From: Alkalispirochaeta sp.
Lineage (GTDB): Bacteria; Spirochaetota; Spirochaetia; DSM-27196; Alkalispirochaetaceae
Length of the DNA: 64,000 bases
Assembly: GCA_965601925.1 (NCBI GenBank)
Contig: OZ271854.1
Coordinates: 480,001-544,000 of the forward strand
Reading direction: 5' to 3'
In this document: piece after piece, positions 9,662-18,970 of the stretch
Numbering within the stretch: position 1 is the stretch's first letter
Layout: each line of letters starts with the position of its first letter
Notes under the pieces: model-generated
Seen by the model: only the letters and a program-made list of their open reading frames with translations
What the model was told of the DNA's origin: nothing
The model's database searches: none
Program-made: the position numbers and the translations under genes

Positions 9662-10333
9662 TCACGCCATAAGATCCCAGTTCGCCAGATCGTGGACGAT
9701 ATGTATACGAAGCAGCTCGTCTATGGCGCTGCACCGCTCGGTCCTCAACATCTCGACGATGTCGAAGTGCTGTCGCATGTAAATCTCGAGGCGCTCCACC
9801 GCAACGTCCTGGGCTATGCGGAGCAGCTGCACTTTGCCGTCGAACTGGCGGTATATCATCGCAAGCTGTCCGTTCCCGCACGCCTCGGCCACGCTCTGGT
9901 GAAAGAGCGAATCCGCCTCGAAGTACGCCGCCTTATCTTTACGCGCCAACGCGTCTCGCGCTTCCTCGGCGATCTTACCGAGGCGATCGACGGCGTCGTG
10001 ATCGTTGCGGGCGCATAGGAGTCGAAACGCAAACTGCTCGAGGTGGAGGCGTACCTGCGCGATCTCGTTCGCCTCCCGCGCGCCGATACGCACGACCTCG
10101 GCGTAGCTGCGCGGCTGCAAATAGACCAACCCGTAGATCTGCAGGCGTGTAAGGGCTTCCCGAATCGGGGTGCGACTCACCCCAAACCGCTGCGCAATCT
10201 TGTCCTCGACGATTTTATCGCCCTGTTTCAACTCACCGGAAAGAATCAACTCTTTGATGTAGTGATATACCTGATCGGCATAACTCTGTCGCACCATCCG
10301 GTTGCCGGACGTCGTACTAAATTGCGTAGCCAC
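9662..10333 (-). CDS. GntR-family regulator (FCD domain)
   Basis: HTH FGVSRTPIREAL and FCD segment DSLFHQSVAEACGN. Confidence 0.92.
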   Translation of the reverse strand: MATQFSTTSGNRMVRQSYADQVYHYIKELILSGELKQGDKIVEDKIAQRFGVSRTPIREALTRLQIYGLVYLQPRSYAEVVRIGAREANEIAQVRLHLEQFAFRLLCARNDHDAVDRLGKIAEEARDALARKDKAAYFEADSLFHQSVAEACGNGQLAMIYRQFDGKVQLLRIAQDVAVERLEIYMRQHFDIVEMLRTERCSAIDELLRIHIVHDLANWDLMA

Positions 10334-10398
10334 TCTTCACCTCCATCTCTGTAACACCGTTAGATCTGCGATTGTACACAATTTTATGCACTTCGGCG

Positions 10399-10465
10399 TT
10401 GACAGAGAATTCGATCGGCCCTTACCATGGTAGTGAATGGTATTCCATATACAATTTACGGTCAA
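10399..10465. promoter_or_regulatory. Overlapping promoters for gntR and the HPS-like gene, with operator ATGGTATTCCAT (10437-10448)
   Basis: Plus strand TTGACA(10399)-18-TACCAT; minus strand TTGACC(10465)-17-TACCAT. The operator differs by one base from the palindrome at 7553. Confidence 0.55.
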
Positions 10466-10480
10466 GCAGGAGTGTAGTGA

Positions 10481-11155
10481 ATGAAAAAACCTTGGATCCA
10501 AGTCTCCATCGACACGCAAGATATACCGACAGCATTCACGCACGTGGACCACGCCCTCGCGATTGACGCCGAATGGATCGAGGTCGGGACGCCGCTTTTG
10601 ACCTTTGCCGGAGTGCGCTCAATCGGCGAGGTGGTTTCCAAAGTCGGCGACAGAACGGTCCTCGTCGACTTCAAAGCGTTGGACGGCGTGGCCCAATACT
10701 TCCAAGTGGCCGGCAAACTTGGGGCGCGGGTCGCAACGGTTATGGCGGTGGCCAACGAGGCGAGTATCGTACGGGCGATCCAAGCGGGTCACGAGGCCGG
10801 CGTACAGGTGCAGGTAGACATGCTGGGCGTTCCCAGCCCCGATCTTGCCTCCCGTGCGTCGGAGATCGCGGCGATGGGCGCCGACTACTTCCTGCTCCAT
10901 CTCGCGATCGACGAGCTCACGCGCAACCCCGACGCCGACCCCCTTGCGGGAATCGATGAGCTGGTCGGTGCGAGCGATGTTCCCGTCGGGCCGGTGGTAT
11001 TCAGCGCCGAGCAGGGCATCGAGGCCGTACGACGGGGCGCATCGTATCTGGTCATCGGCCATCCGCTCATTACGATGCCCGACGCCCGGCGCCAGCTCAC
11101 CGCCTTTGCCGACGCTGTGCGGCAAAACGGCGCGGCGGCGGGCTCCGAACGTTGA
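10481..11155 (+). CDS. OMPDC-superfamily enzyme (3-hexulose-6-phosphate synthase / 3-keto-L-gulonate-6-P decarboxylase-like)
   Basis: Motifs IQVSID, WIEVGTPLL and the DxKxxD motif VDFKALD. Confidence 0.85.
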   Translation: MKKPWIQVSIDTQDIPTAFTHVDHALAIDAEWIEVGTPLLTFAGVRSIGEVVSKVGDRTVLVDFKALDGVAQYFQVAGKLGARVATVMAVANEASIVRAIQAGHEAGVQVQVDMLGVPSPDLASRASEIAAMGADYFLLHLAIDELTRNPDADPLAGIDELVGASDVPVGPVVFSAEQGIEAVRRGASYLVIGHPLITMPDARRQLTAFADAVRQNGAAAGSER

Positions 11156-11159
11156 AGCG

Positions 11160-12209
11160 ATGCAGTGCGTCTCCCTCGGACTCGACGGTCCCGACATCTC
11201 TCAGGTTGCACTCGGCACCTGGACCTTCGCGGGCGATGCGATCTGGGGCGCGACCGAGGAGAGTCTGTGCATTCGAGTAGTGCACGCCGCGGCGGACCGG
11301 GGCATTACCCTCTTTGACACGGCACCGAACTACGGAGACGGGCGCAGTGAGCACATCCTCGGGAAGGCGTTGTGGCGGCGCAGCGACGCGTACGTCGCGA
11401 CCAAACTTAAAATAGAGGGCAAGAGCCCTCAAGATATCAGGATCGCGACGATAGAGAGCCTGCGACGGCTCCACCGCGATACGATCGATCTTATGCAGAT
11501 CCACTGGCCCGCCTCCTCATCCGACGAGACGGCGGAGGCGCTGGAGACCCTCGCACGGATGCGTAGAGAGGGCCTCATTCGACACATCGGTGTATGCAAC
11601 TTCGGCGTCTACGATCTCGCCGAGTTGCAGGACGTGCCGGTCGTCAGTAATCAGCTCCCCTACAGCGCGCTATGGCGCGTCATAGAGGAGGACATCGCCG
11701 CAGAGAGCGTCGCGCGAGGGCTGACGACCGTCGCCTACAGCGTCCTTCAACAGGGGCTTTTGAGCGGCGCTTACGAGAATCTGGCTGCGTTTCCAGACGA
11801 GAGGAAGCGTACGCGGCACTTCGATCAAAAATGGCCAGCGGTGCGTCATAGCGAGCCGGGCATGGAGAACGAGACTGAAGGCGCCCTGGGAGCGCTCCGG
11901 ACGTTGAGTCGCGCACTCGATCGGCCGCTGTGGGAGATTGCCCTCGCCTTCGTTCGCTCGCGCCCCTTCATCGACGTCATGCTCATCGGCGCACGCACCG
12001 AGGAGCAACTCGTCCGTAGCGTCGAGGCGGCCGAGTCGGATCTATCGGAAGTCGATGTACGCGGTGTGGAGGGGGCGACCGCGGAACTCCTCGCCGCCGC
12101 CGGAGGCAACCCCGATATGTACCTCACCGAATCGCGCATACGATTTCGCGGTCCGGACGGCACAGCGACCCGACGGGTGGCGCGTACTCCGCCGGACGCA
12201 TCGTCCTAA
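11160..12209 (+). CDS. Aldo/keto reductase
   Basis: Motifs LGTW, FDTAPNYGDGRSE, VATK, IDLMQIHWP, IGVCNF, NQLPYS and YSVLQQGLLSG. Confidence 0.92.
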   Translation: MQCVSLGLDGPDISQVALGTWTFAGDAIWGATEESLCIRVVHAAADRGITLFDTAPNYGDGRSEHILGKALWRRSDAYVATKLKIEGKSPQDIRIATIESLRRLHRDTIDLMQIHWPASSSDETAEALETLARMRREGLIRHIGVCNFGVYDLAELQDVPVVSNQLPYSALWRVIEEDIAAESVARGLTTVAYSVLQQGLLSGAYENLAAFPDERKRTRHFDQKWPAVRHSEPGMENETEGALGALRTLSRALDRPLWEIALAFVRSRPFIDVMLIGARTEEQLVRSVEAAESDLSEVDVRGVEGATAELLAAAGGNPDMYLTESRIRFRGPDGTATRRVARTPPDASS

Positions 12210-12237
12210 TCGCCCGTTCCGACGGCCGTCATTGCGC

Positions 12238-13281
12238 CTACCCCTTGCTTCGGGCGTGAGAGCGAAGCTTGCGGCGCGTGTTGCGACTGCGCGACTGGGC
12301 GCGCGCCGACCGTTCGGCCTCAGCGAGGCGCCGGCGCCTCCGTTCCCACCACGAGAAGGCCACCAGGAGACCCACGCCGACAAGAATCATGAGACCGCTC
12401 CAAAACTGGCTGGCGATGAAGTTCCACGGCGTAAGAAGGCGGTACGGCGGTATCGTAGGATCGGCGGCAAGGCGAATCCAGTAATCGCTTCCGAGGGGCA
12501 TGCGGAAGTAGTCGATGAGAAATCGCCACGCCCCGTACCACAAAACGTAAAACGCAATGATGAATCCGCGATAGGGAATGCGCTTTCTCAGGAGGAACCA
12601 AATCACGAGCCACGCGAGGATACCCTCCGTGAATCCCTCGTAGAGCTGCGTGGGATGGCGCGGGAGGTTGACCATCGCCTCCGCATCGGCGGGGATGGGC
12701 ATCCCGACGGCGTCCATCGTCTCCCGTACCCACGGCTCGGTTACCGAAAAGAGACGCGCGTGAGGGAACACTACGCCCCACGATGCGGTGGTAACCCGCC
12801 CGAAGAGTTCGCCGTTGATGAAGTTTCCGAGACGACCGAACGTATACCCCAACGGTACGGCCGCGACGATCATATCGCCCAACGCAAGCAGATCGAGGCG
12901 TTTGACGCGGGCGTATATCCCGAATCCGGCGACCGCGCCGAGGAGACCGCCGTAGAAGTTCATACCTTGAAGGCCGATGAAGGCACCGCTGTCGTCGAAG
13001 GGCAGGATGATGCGGTGGGGGTTGCGCCAATAGAACCACGTCTCGTCGAAGATGAGCGTCGCGAAGAGTCGAGCGCCCACAAGAAGACCGACAACTCCCC
13101 AAAAGAAGAAATCGATGAGCCGGTTATCTGAGATATCGAGACCCTGCTCGGCGATCTGGTAGCGCGTGAGAAACCACGTTGTGACGAATGCGATGAGATA
13201 CATGAGGCCGTACCACTGAAAGGGCAATCCGGGAATGATCTCCGGACTGATCCACTCAGGGAACGGTATGTAAAGAACCAT
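12238..13281 (-). CDS. lgt: Prolipoprotein diacylglyceryl transferase
   Basis: Motifs WYGLMY, GMNFYGG, GRLGNFINGELFGR and RHPTQLYE. Confidence 0.95.
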   Translation of the reverse strand: MVLYIPFPEWISPEIIPGLPFQWYGLMYLIAFVTTWFLTRYQIAEQGLDISDNRLIDFFFWGVVGLLVGARLFATLIFDETWFYWRNPHRIILPFDDSGAFIGLQGMNFYGGLLGAVAGFGIYARVKRLDLLALGDMIVAAVPLGYTFGRLGNFINGELFGRVTTASWGVVFPHARLFSVTEPWVRETMDAVGMPIPADAEAMVNLPRHPTQLYEGFTEGILAWLVIWFLLRKRIPYRGFIIAFYVLWYGAWRFLIDYFRMPLGSDYWIRLAADPTIPPYRLLTPWNFIASQFWSGLMILVGVGLLVAFSWWERRRRRLAEAERSARAQSRSRNTRRKLRSHARSKG

Positions 13282-14380
13282 ATGACTCCTCTCCGCGCGT
13301 GGGTGTGTACGGTGCCGCGCTGCCGCCGCTGCCGTGGTCGCGCTCCAACTCGGCTGCGGCGGACCGACGCGCGCGCTCGGTACCGAGCTCGGGAATATCC
13401 AGCGCCTCGGCAAGGCGCGTAAGTTGCTCGTGAGGGCGCTTCATCAACTCGCTATGCTCGATATGCGGTACATCGAAGGCCTCCGGATGGCGGTACCATC
13501 GTTCCACGAGCTGCGTAACGATCCTGCGCGGCGCGGCGGCTCCCCTCCTCCCCCCGAGGAGCGAGAACCACACGCCGAACCAGCGCAGGGTGGAGCGGAG
13601 CGTCGCCTCGGCGTCGCGCTCGGCCACGACGAAACGCGCGTCGGGAAACTCCTCCCGCAGGGTGTCCATCGCACCGGTGAAGGCGGGATTCTTGGAGAGA
13701 AAGATCGGACGGACGGACGCACCGGGGCGACGGCGCGCATGGGCGTAGAGGTGCTTCCGAACCAGGTCGCCGTAGAACCGAACGGCAAGACGACGCCGAC
13801 GCGGCGGCAGCTCGTCGAGCATTGCGACCGCCGGAACGTCGTTGCGACGGGGAAAGACGAACCAGGTGAAGAAGCCCGACCACACATACAGAAGCGCTCC
13901 GGCGTCCTCTTCCGGTGCAAAGAGGTCGATCGGGTGGTACGGAACCGAGCGAAGGCGTCGATTCATTCGATGTACGATGCTCCCGATCGGCGAACCGAGG
14001 GCGCGATCGAGATGCGCCGCCGCTCTCCAAAAGAGGCGTTGGCTCACCGTCGGCGCCAGATAGATCTCCCACGTCGCCGGAGAGCTCGCCGCCGGGACGC
14101 CTCGAGAAAGCATACGCAGCAAAAGCGTCGTGCCGCTGCGAAAGTTGCCCACGACAAAGAGCGGTCGCTCGACACGCTGGCTCCGCCAGGCGGGAAAGAG
14201 GAGCGCGTCGAGGAGCCAAAAGAGGCGGATACTCGTTTGCGCATAGACAAAGAGGAGCCCCACGACGAGAAGTACCGCCACGCGCCGAATCGTAACGGGA
14301 TGGTAGGCTCCGGTGCGGCGGAACACCGCGGCGCGCACATCCGAGGTCAGCTGCGTCCAATCGATCGTGGGCCACGCCAT
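13256..14380 (-). CDS. Sulfotransferase family protein
   Basis: PAPS-binding loop PLFVVGNFRSGTTLL, plus LSKNP and FPDARFVVAERD. Confidence 0.8.
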   Translation of the reverse strand: MAWPTIDWTQLTSDVRAAVFRRTGAYHPVTIRRVAVLLVVGLLFVYAQTSIRLFWLLDALLFPAWRSQRVERPLFVVGNFRSGTTLLLRMLSRGVPAASSPATWEIYLAPTVSQRLFWRAAAHLDRALGSPIGSIVHRMNRRLRSVPYHPIDLFAPEEDAGALLYVWSGFFTWFVFPRRNDVPAVAMLDELPPRRRRLAVRFYGDLVRKHLYAHARRRPGASVRPIFLSKNPAFTGAMDTLREEFPDARFVVAERDAEATLRSTLRWFGVWFSLLGGRRGAAAPRRIVTQLVERWYRHPEAFDVPHIEHSELMKRPHEQLTRLAEALDIPELGTERARRSAAAELERDHGSGGSAAPYTPTRGEESYGSLHTVP

Positions 14381-14597
14381 ATGTGGACGGCAGTTTCACA
14401 GGATTGTGTTAGAACTCCATTCGCATCGCGGTGAATCGTAGGGGCGCAACGGACCGTGCGGTCGAAAGGCGCATATCGGCTATGGTTCCGCCTTCGATCC
14501 GCCGTGCGGATCGACCGGATGCGCAACGATTATCAAGCACATCGTGCAAGACGGTGCTCTCATTACCGTCATTGCTGGAAAAGGAGCACATACCACT

Positions 14598-16103
14598 ATG
14601 CATGGGAACACGAGTATCGTTGAAGCGCGGGAAGGGCTGGAAACGGGAGGCCTGTCGAGCAGGGCGCTCGTCGAGGCGTGTATCGCCGCGATCGAACGTT
14701 GGAACGGCGAGATAAACGCCGTTGTCACACGTCTGGACGACCGGGCGCGCAAAGAGGCCGACTCGGGGGATGCGCGTCGCGGAGAGAAGAGTACATCGCG
14801 ACCGCTCGAGGGGATACCGATCACGATAAAGGATCACCTCGCCGTCGGCGGCGTACGCAACACCAACGGCATGCCCCGGATGAGAGACTACGTGCCCGAC
14901 TTCGATGCGACCGTCGTCGAACGACTGCGGAACGCAGGCGCGATCGTTTTGGGCAAGAGCAACCTTCCGTTCATGGCCATGGATTTCCAGGCGCGGAGTC
15001 CCGTCTTCGGTGTCACCAACAACCCGTGGGACACCGCACGCACCAGCGGCGGAAGCACCGCCGGAGCGGCGGCGGTCGCCACGTGCATGTCATACATGGA
15101 AATCGGCAGCGATCTCGGCGGCTCGCTGCGTATCCCGGCCCACTTCTGCGGTGTTTACAGCATCCGCCCGACCGACTCGGCCGTCTCACGATACGGGCTT
15201 CATCCGGGAGGGCCCGCGTCGCGGTATCGCTCTACGCGGCATATGGCGGTACCGGGGCCGATTGCGCGCTCACTGGAGGACCTCACCCTGGCACTTGAAG
15301 TCGTCGCCGGACCGGACGGCCACGAGCCCGATCTCGGCTACCTTGCGCCGCCTCGCAACGAGCTCGGGAAAATCAGGTTCGCGTGGAGCGACTCGTGGCC
15401 GGGCCTGGAGATCACCGACTCGTATCGCGCGCGTATTCACGAGTTCGTCGCTCGGTGCGAGGCGAAGGGAATCGAGCTGACGCGGATCGAAGGGCCGCCG
15501 ATCGATGCCGTCGAGGCGTATCGTACGTTCGGAGCGCTGTTGAGTACCGAGATCATGCACCTTCCCTTGCCCGCTCGGCTCCTCGGGACGCTCTCGGGTC
15601 GAAAAACGCCGCGGGACTTCCCCGTTTATAACCCTCAACTCCGCATCGACCGCCGGCACCACGATCGGTGGGTGGTGCGACGGGACCGTCTCATGCGAGA
15701 GATCGAGGCGTTTCTCGCCCCCTTCGACGGGTATATCTGTCCGGTTACGACATCCCCGGCGCCGCTGCACCTCGTACCTCCCAAGGGCCGAACCATGGGT
15801 GTACACGATCTGTATGCTGAGGTGACGATACACGATAGACGCGAGCTCTACGGAAAGGCTTTCGCCGGATACACGGTCCCCTTCAGCGTTACCGGGAGTC
15901 CCGTCGTGAGTCTGCCGATCGGCCTCACCGACCGGGGACTACCGGTCGGAGTTCAAGTCGTCGGTCGACGCTTTCGCGACTTGGATCTCCTTGCCGCGTG
16001 CAGGGCGGTCGAGGAACGTATAGAATCGTCAGTGCCGGTAGCGGAGAAGTATGTCGGAGAGTTCGAAGAGCACCTACTACGACCGAGTCGACCGCGCCCT
16101 TGA
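14598..16103 (+). CDS. Amidase signature family enzyme
   Basis: Motifs GIPITIKD, GKSN, NNPWD..RTSGGST and GSDLGGSLRIPAHFCG (Lys-Ser-Ser triad intact). SD AAGGAG before ATG 14598. Confidence 0.92.
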   Translation: MHGNTSIVEAREGLETGGLSSRALVEACIAAIERWNGEINAVVTRLDDRARKEADSGDARRGEKSTSRPLEGIPITIKDHLAVGGVRNTNGMPRMRDYVPDFDATVVERLRNAGAIVLGKSNLPFMAMDFQARSPVFGVTNNPWDTARTSGGSTAGAAAVATCMSYMEIGSDLGGSLRIPAHFCGVYSIRPTDSAVSRYGLHPGGPASRYRSTRHMAVPGPIARSLEDLTLALEVVAGPDGHEPDLGYLAPPRNELGKIRFAWSDSWPGLEITDSYRARIHEFVARCEAKGIELTRIEGPPIDAVEAYRTFGALLSTEIMHLPLPARLLGTLSGRKTPRDFPVYNPQLRIDRRHHDRWVVRRDRLMREIEAFLAPFDGYICPVTTSPAPLHLVPPKGRTMGVHDLYAEVTIHDRRELYGKAFAGYTVPFSVTGSPVVSLPIGLTDRGLPVGVQVVGRRFRDLDLLAACRAVEERIESSVPVAEKYVGEFEEHLLRPSRPRP

Positions 16104-16971
16104 GTATATCGAGCGCGACCTCTTTGAGGAGCTATCGATCGCTACGGTCGCCGCCGTCGCTCACATGTCGCCGTTCCACTTTCATCGCCTCTTTCAGGCG
16201 CTGGTCGGCGATCCGGTTGTGGAGTACATCACGCGTCGGCGGCTCTCCTCGATCGTGTCGCGACTGCGGGACGGTATGCCGGTGGTGGAGGCGGCGTTCC
16301 TGTGCGGGTACGCCAGCCACGAAGCGTTCACGCGGGCATTCAAGCGGTGCTACGGCGTACCGCCCGGGAGGATCGCACAATACGGTGCGGAGCTTCCCAC
16401 CTATCCTTCGATGGTAGGCATGCTCGATCGATCCGACACGCGGCGATCGACGCCGGCGGTTGAGGGGCCGGTGTTCGTTCGAGAGGCGGGATTTACGGTG
16501 GTCGGAATCACGCGCGAGGTCGAGATCGCCGGATATCGCACGGCGCGCGAAATCATGACGTTGTGGAAGGAGCTCCGACGGAGCGCGGGGAGACTCCCCT
16601 CCTCGCGTCTGTTCGGTGTCTCCGGCGGTTTCCCGGAACGCGGAGGGGCGTTGCGGGAGGGAGATCGATTCTCCTACACGGCCGGTATCGAATCGGGCTC
16701 CCTGGAGACCTACCCCGTGTACTGGAACCACCGATACATCCCGGCCTACCGGTACGCCGTCTTCATCTATCTCGGCCCGCAGCGGCGCATACGAGACCTC
16801 TACGATTGGATATACCGGCGCTGGCTCTTGGAATCGGGCGCGGCACTCGAGGGCGACTTCTCCCTGGAGTGCTACACCGACACGCGTCGCATCGCCCGCA
16901 TCCGTTCGCGCGCCGAGGTATGGGTGCCGTTGCAACCGCTGGAGGCGACCTCGAACGCACCGGATCGTTAG
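16051..16971 (+). CDS. AraC regulator with C-terminal GyrI-like effector domain
   Basis: N-terminal SPFHFHRLF and GYASHEAFTRAFKR. C-terminal YAVFIYLGP..YDWIYRRWL..LECY..EVWVPL. Confidence 0.9.
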   Translation: MSESSKSTYYDRVDRALEYIERDLFEELSIATVAAVAHMSPFHFHRLFQALVGDPVVEYITRRRLSSIVSRLRDGMPVVEAAFLCGYASHEAFTRAFKRCYGVPPGRIAQYGAELPTYPSMVGMLDRSDTRRSTPAVEGPVFVREAGFTVVGITREVEIAGYRTAREIMTLWKELRRSAGRLPSSRLFGVSGGFPERGGALREGDRFSYTAGIESGSLETYPVYWNHRYIPAYRYAVFIYLGPQRRIRDLYDWIYRRWLLESGAALEGDFSLECYTDTRRIARIRSRAEVWVPLQPLEATSNAPDR

Positions 16972-17005
16972 AGGGCGCTCTCCCTGAGCGGCGATATCGA
17001 CTCGC

Positions 17006-18868
17006 TTACGTATCGTCGTCGGTCTTGAACACCGAGAGTTGTGCCTCGACCTCCTTGACGTTCTGATTGTTCTTGTCACCCGATGCGGATATCTCCTCGA
17101 CCGAGGAGAAAATCTCCGAAATCCCCGTGACCATCTCGGTGATACCGACCTTCGTCTCCGCAGAGACGCCTTCCAACTGCTCCATGGAATCGCTAATGTT
17201 CGAAATCTTCGAGTCCATCTCGGACGATGCTTCTTTCACGTCGTCGGTCGTGCTTATGAGAGTGTCCAGAGCCGTGACGATCTGTCGACTCCCTTCCGAG
17301 AGCTCCGAGGTCGCGTACTGAATCTCTTCCATCCCCGAGGCGACCTTGGTGATCGAGGAGACCATATCGGCGAAGACGCCGCCGGTCTTCTCGGTGGTCT
17401 GTTTCGAAGTATCGATGAATCCGCGAATCTCCTCGAGCGAGCCGGTAATCTGCTGCGCCGAGCGCGCCGAACTCTCGGCCAGTTTGCGAATCTCACCGGC
17501 GACGACGGCAAACCCTTTTCCCGCGTCACCGGCGTGGGCCGCCTCGATGGCGGCGTTCATCGCCAGAAGATTCGTCTGGGAGGCGATACCCTGTATGACG
17601 GATATCATCTCCATAATCACATTCGCCGAGTCGGCCACCCTGTTAATGACGCTGACCGTCTCCTTCATCTCAGTCTCTCCGTGGGATGCGGTCTCCTGGA
17701 GTTGCCGCGTGATGACCAGCTTATCCTCGGCCGACCGCGCCATCGTGTGGATGGACGCCGAAATCTCCTCGATCGCCGCCGAAGACTGTGTGATAGAGGC
17801 CGCCTGCGAGGCGATGAGGCCTCTCACATGGGAGATGAACTGCCTGATATCCTTCGCCGACTTGCTGGACGTAATGATCTCGCCGTCCAAGCGTTCGATG
17901 CGGGACATCATCGACTCCGAGGTCGCCTTCATCTCTTCGAGCGAGGAGGCGGTCCGTTCCGCGGTCGCTGCAAGCTCGGTGCCGATGATGCGCGCGTCGA
18001 CCGCCGTCACCTTGATCCTACGAATCATGCCGTTTATAGAGGAGAGGAACTCATTGTAAAAGCCGGACAACGTCCCGATTTCGTCCTTGGTATCGATATC
18101 GGAATAGGCCGTTAGATCCCCCGAGGAGGCCAGCTCGAAGTTTCCGACGTACGCTGAAAGGGGATTGAGAATTCTCGATACGACCAGTAGAAGCAGGAGG
18201 CTCAACGCGGCGGAAACGGCGGCGGTAACGAGGACGATATTGCGCGCCGCCTGCGCTTGCGTTGCGCGCGCTTGATCGAGCGAGCTGATGACCTGGAACG
18301 CGCCGTGCATCTCGCCGGCCTGCCACCCCTCTCTGATACCGCCCACCGGATCGACGGATCCGGCGGGAAATCCGTGACAGAGAAGACAGTCGGGGGTGAG
18401 CACGATGGGCCGGAAGTATCGGATCTGATTGTCCTCGAAGATAATTCGTTCTTCCAAGTTGTTATCCCGCATATCCCGAAGTACCGTGAGCTCCAGCTCC
18501 GTCGGCTCGTTTTCCGGATTTCGAGGACTCTCTTTAGGTACGCGAAAGGTGTAGCCCAACTCTTCGGCGTTTTGCTCCGCGACGGCGATTGCGGTAAGAA
18601 CCGGGATGCCCTCCAGTAACAGCGCAGGGTCCCGCTCGGCCAGCTCATCGAGATCCGTAACGACTCCGATCTCCAGCTTGTGGCCCATCTCATTGCGGAC
18701 CGATTCCGCCGCCTGCACGACGGCACGACTGCGTTCCAGAATCGCTATCTCCGCCTGCTCGCCGATATCGTTTATGTACATCGAGGTAATGACGGCGGCC
18801 AACACCAACAGGCCGAACACCGACACGCCCAACACTCTGAATTTCATACTGATATCTCGGAACCTCAC
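17006..18868 (-). CDS. Methyl-accepting chemotaxis protein with DUF3365-type heme-c sensor
   Basis: TM, periplasmic PRNPENEP...CLLCH...GEMHGA, TM, HAMP (DEIG), then the signalling hairpin [41 protein letters not shown] 18868 has SD GGAGG. Confidence 0.92.
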   Translation of the reverse strand: MRFRDISMKFRVLGVSVFGLLVLAAVITSMYINDIGEQAEIAILERSRAVVQAAESVRNEMGHKLEIGVVTDLDELAERDPALLLEGIPVLTAIAVAEQNAEELGYTFRVPKESPRNPENEPTELELTVLRDMRDNNLEERIIFEDNQIRYFRPIVLTPDCLLCHGFPAGSVDPVGGIREGWQAGEMHGAFQVISSLDQARATQAQAARNIVLVTAAVSAALSLLLLLVVSRILNPLSAYVGNFELASSGDLTAYSDIDTKDEIGTLSGFYNEFLSSINGMIRRIKVTAVDARIIGTELAATAERTASSLEEMKATSESMMSRIERLDGEIITSSKSAKDIRQFISHVRGLIASQAASITQSSAAIEEISASIHTMARSAEDKLVITRQLQETASHGETEMKETVSVINRVADSANVIMEMISVIQGIASQTNLLAMNAAIEAAHAGDAGKGFAVVAGEIRKLAESSARSAQQITGSLEEIRGFIDTSKQTTEKTGGVFADMVSSITKVASGMEEIQYATSELSEGSRQIVTALDTLISTTDDVKEASSEMDSKISNISDSMEQLEGVSAETKVGITEMVTGISEIFSSVEEISASGDKNNQNVKEVEAQLSVFKTDDDT

Positions 18869-18970
18869 CGCGGAACCTCCCAATGTGCTGCTTACCAATA
18901 ATTGTAGAACACCGGGATTTCGATTGCCACAGAATGGGGGGCACACAATGTGCGAGACGCGGAGTCGGGC

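Noticed and set aside
14598..16103. Amidase as GatA or as an inactive enzyme (GGSTAG instead of GGSSGG)
   Set aside because: There are no gatB/gatC neighbours and the Lys-Ser-Ser triad is intact, so it is an ordinary amidase.
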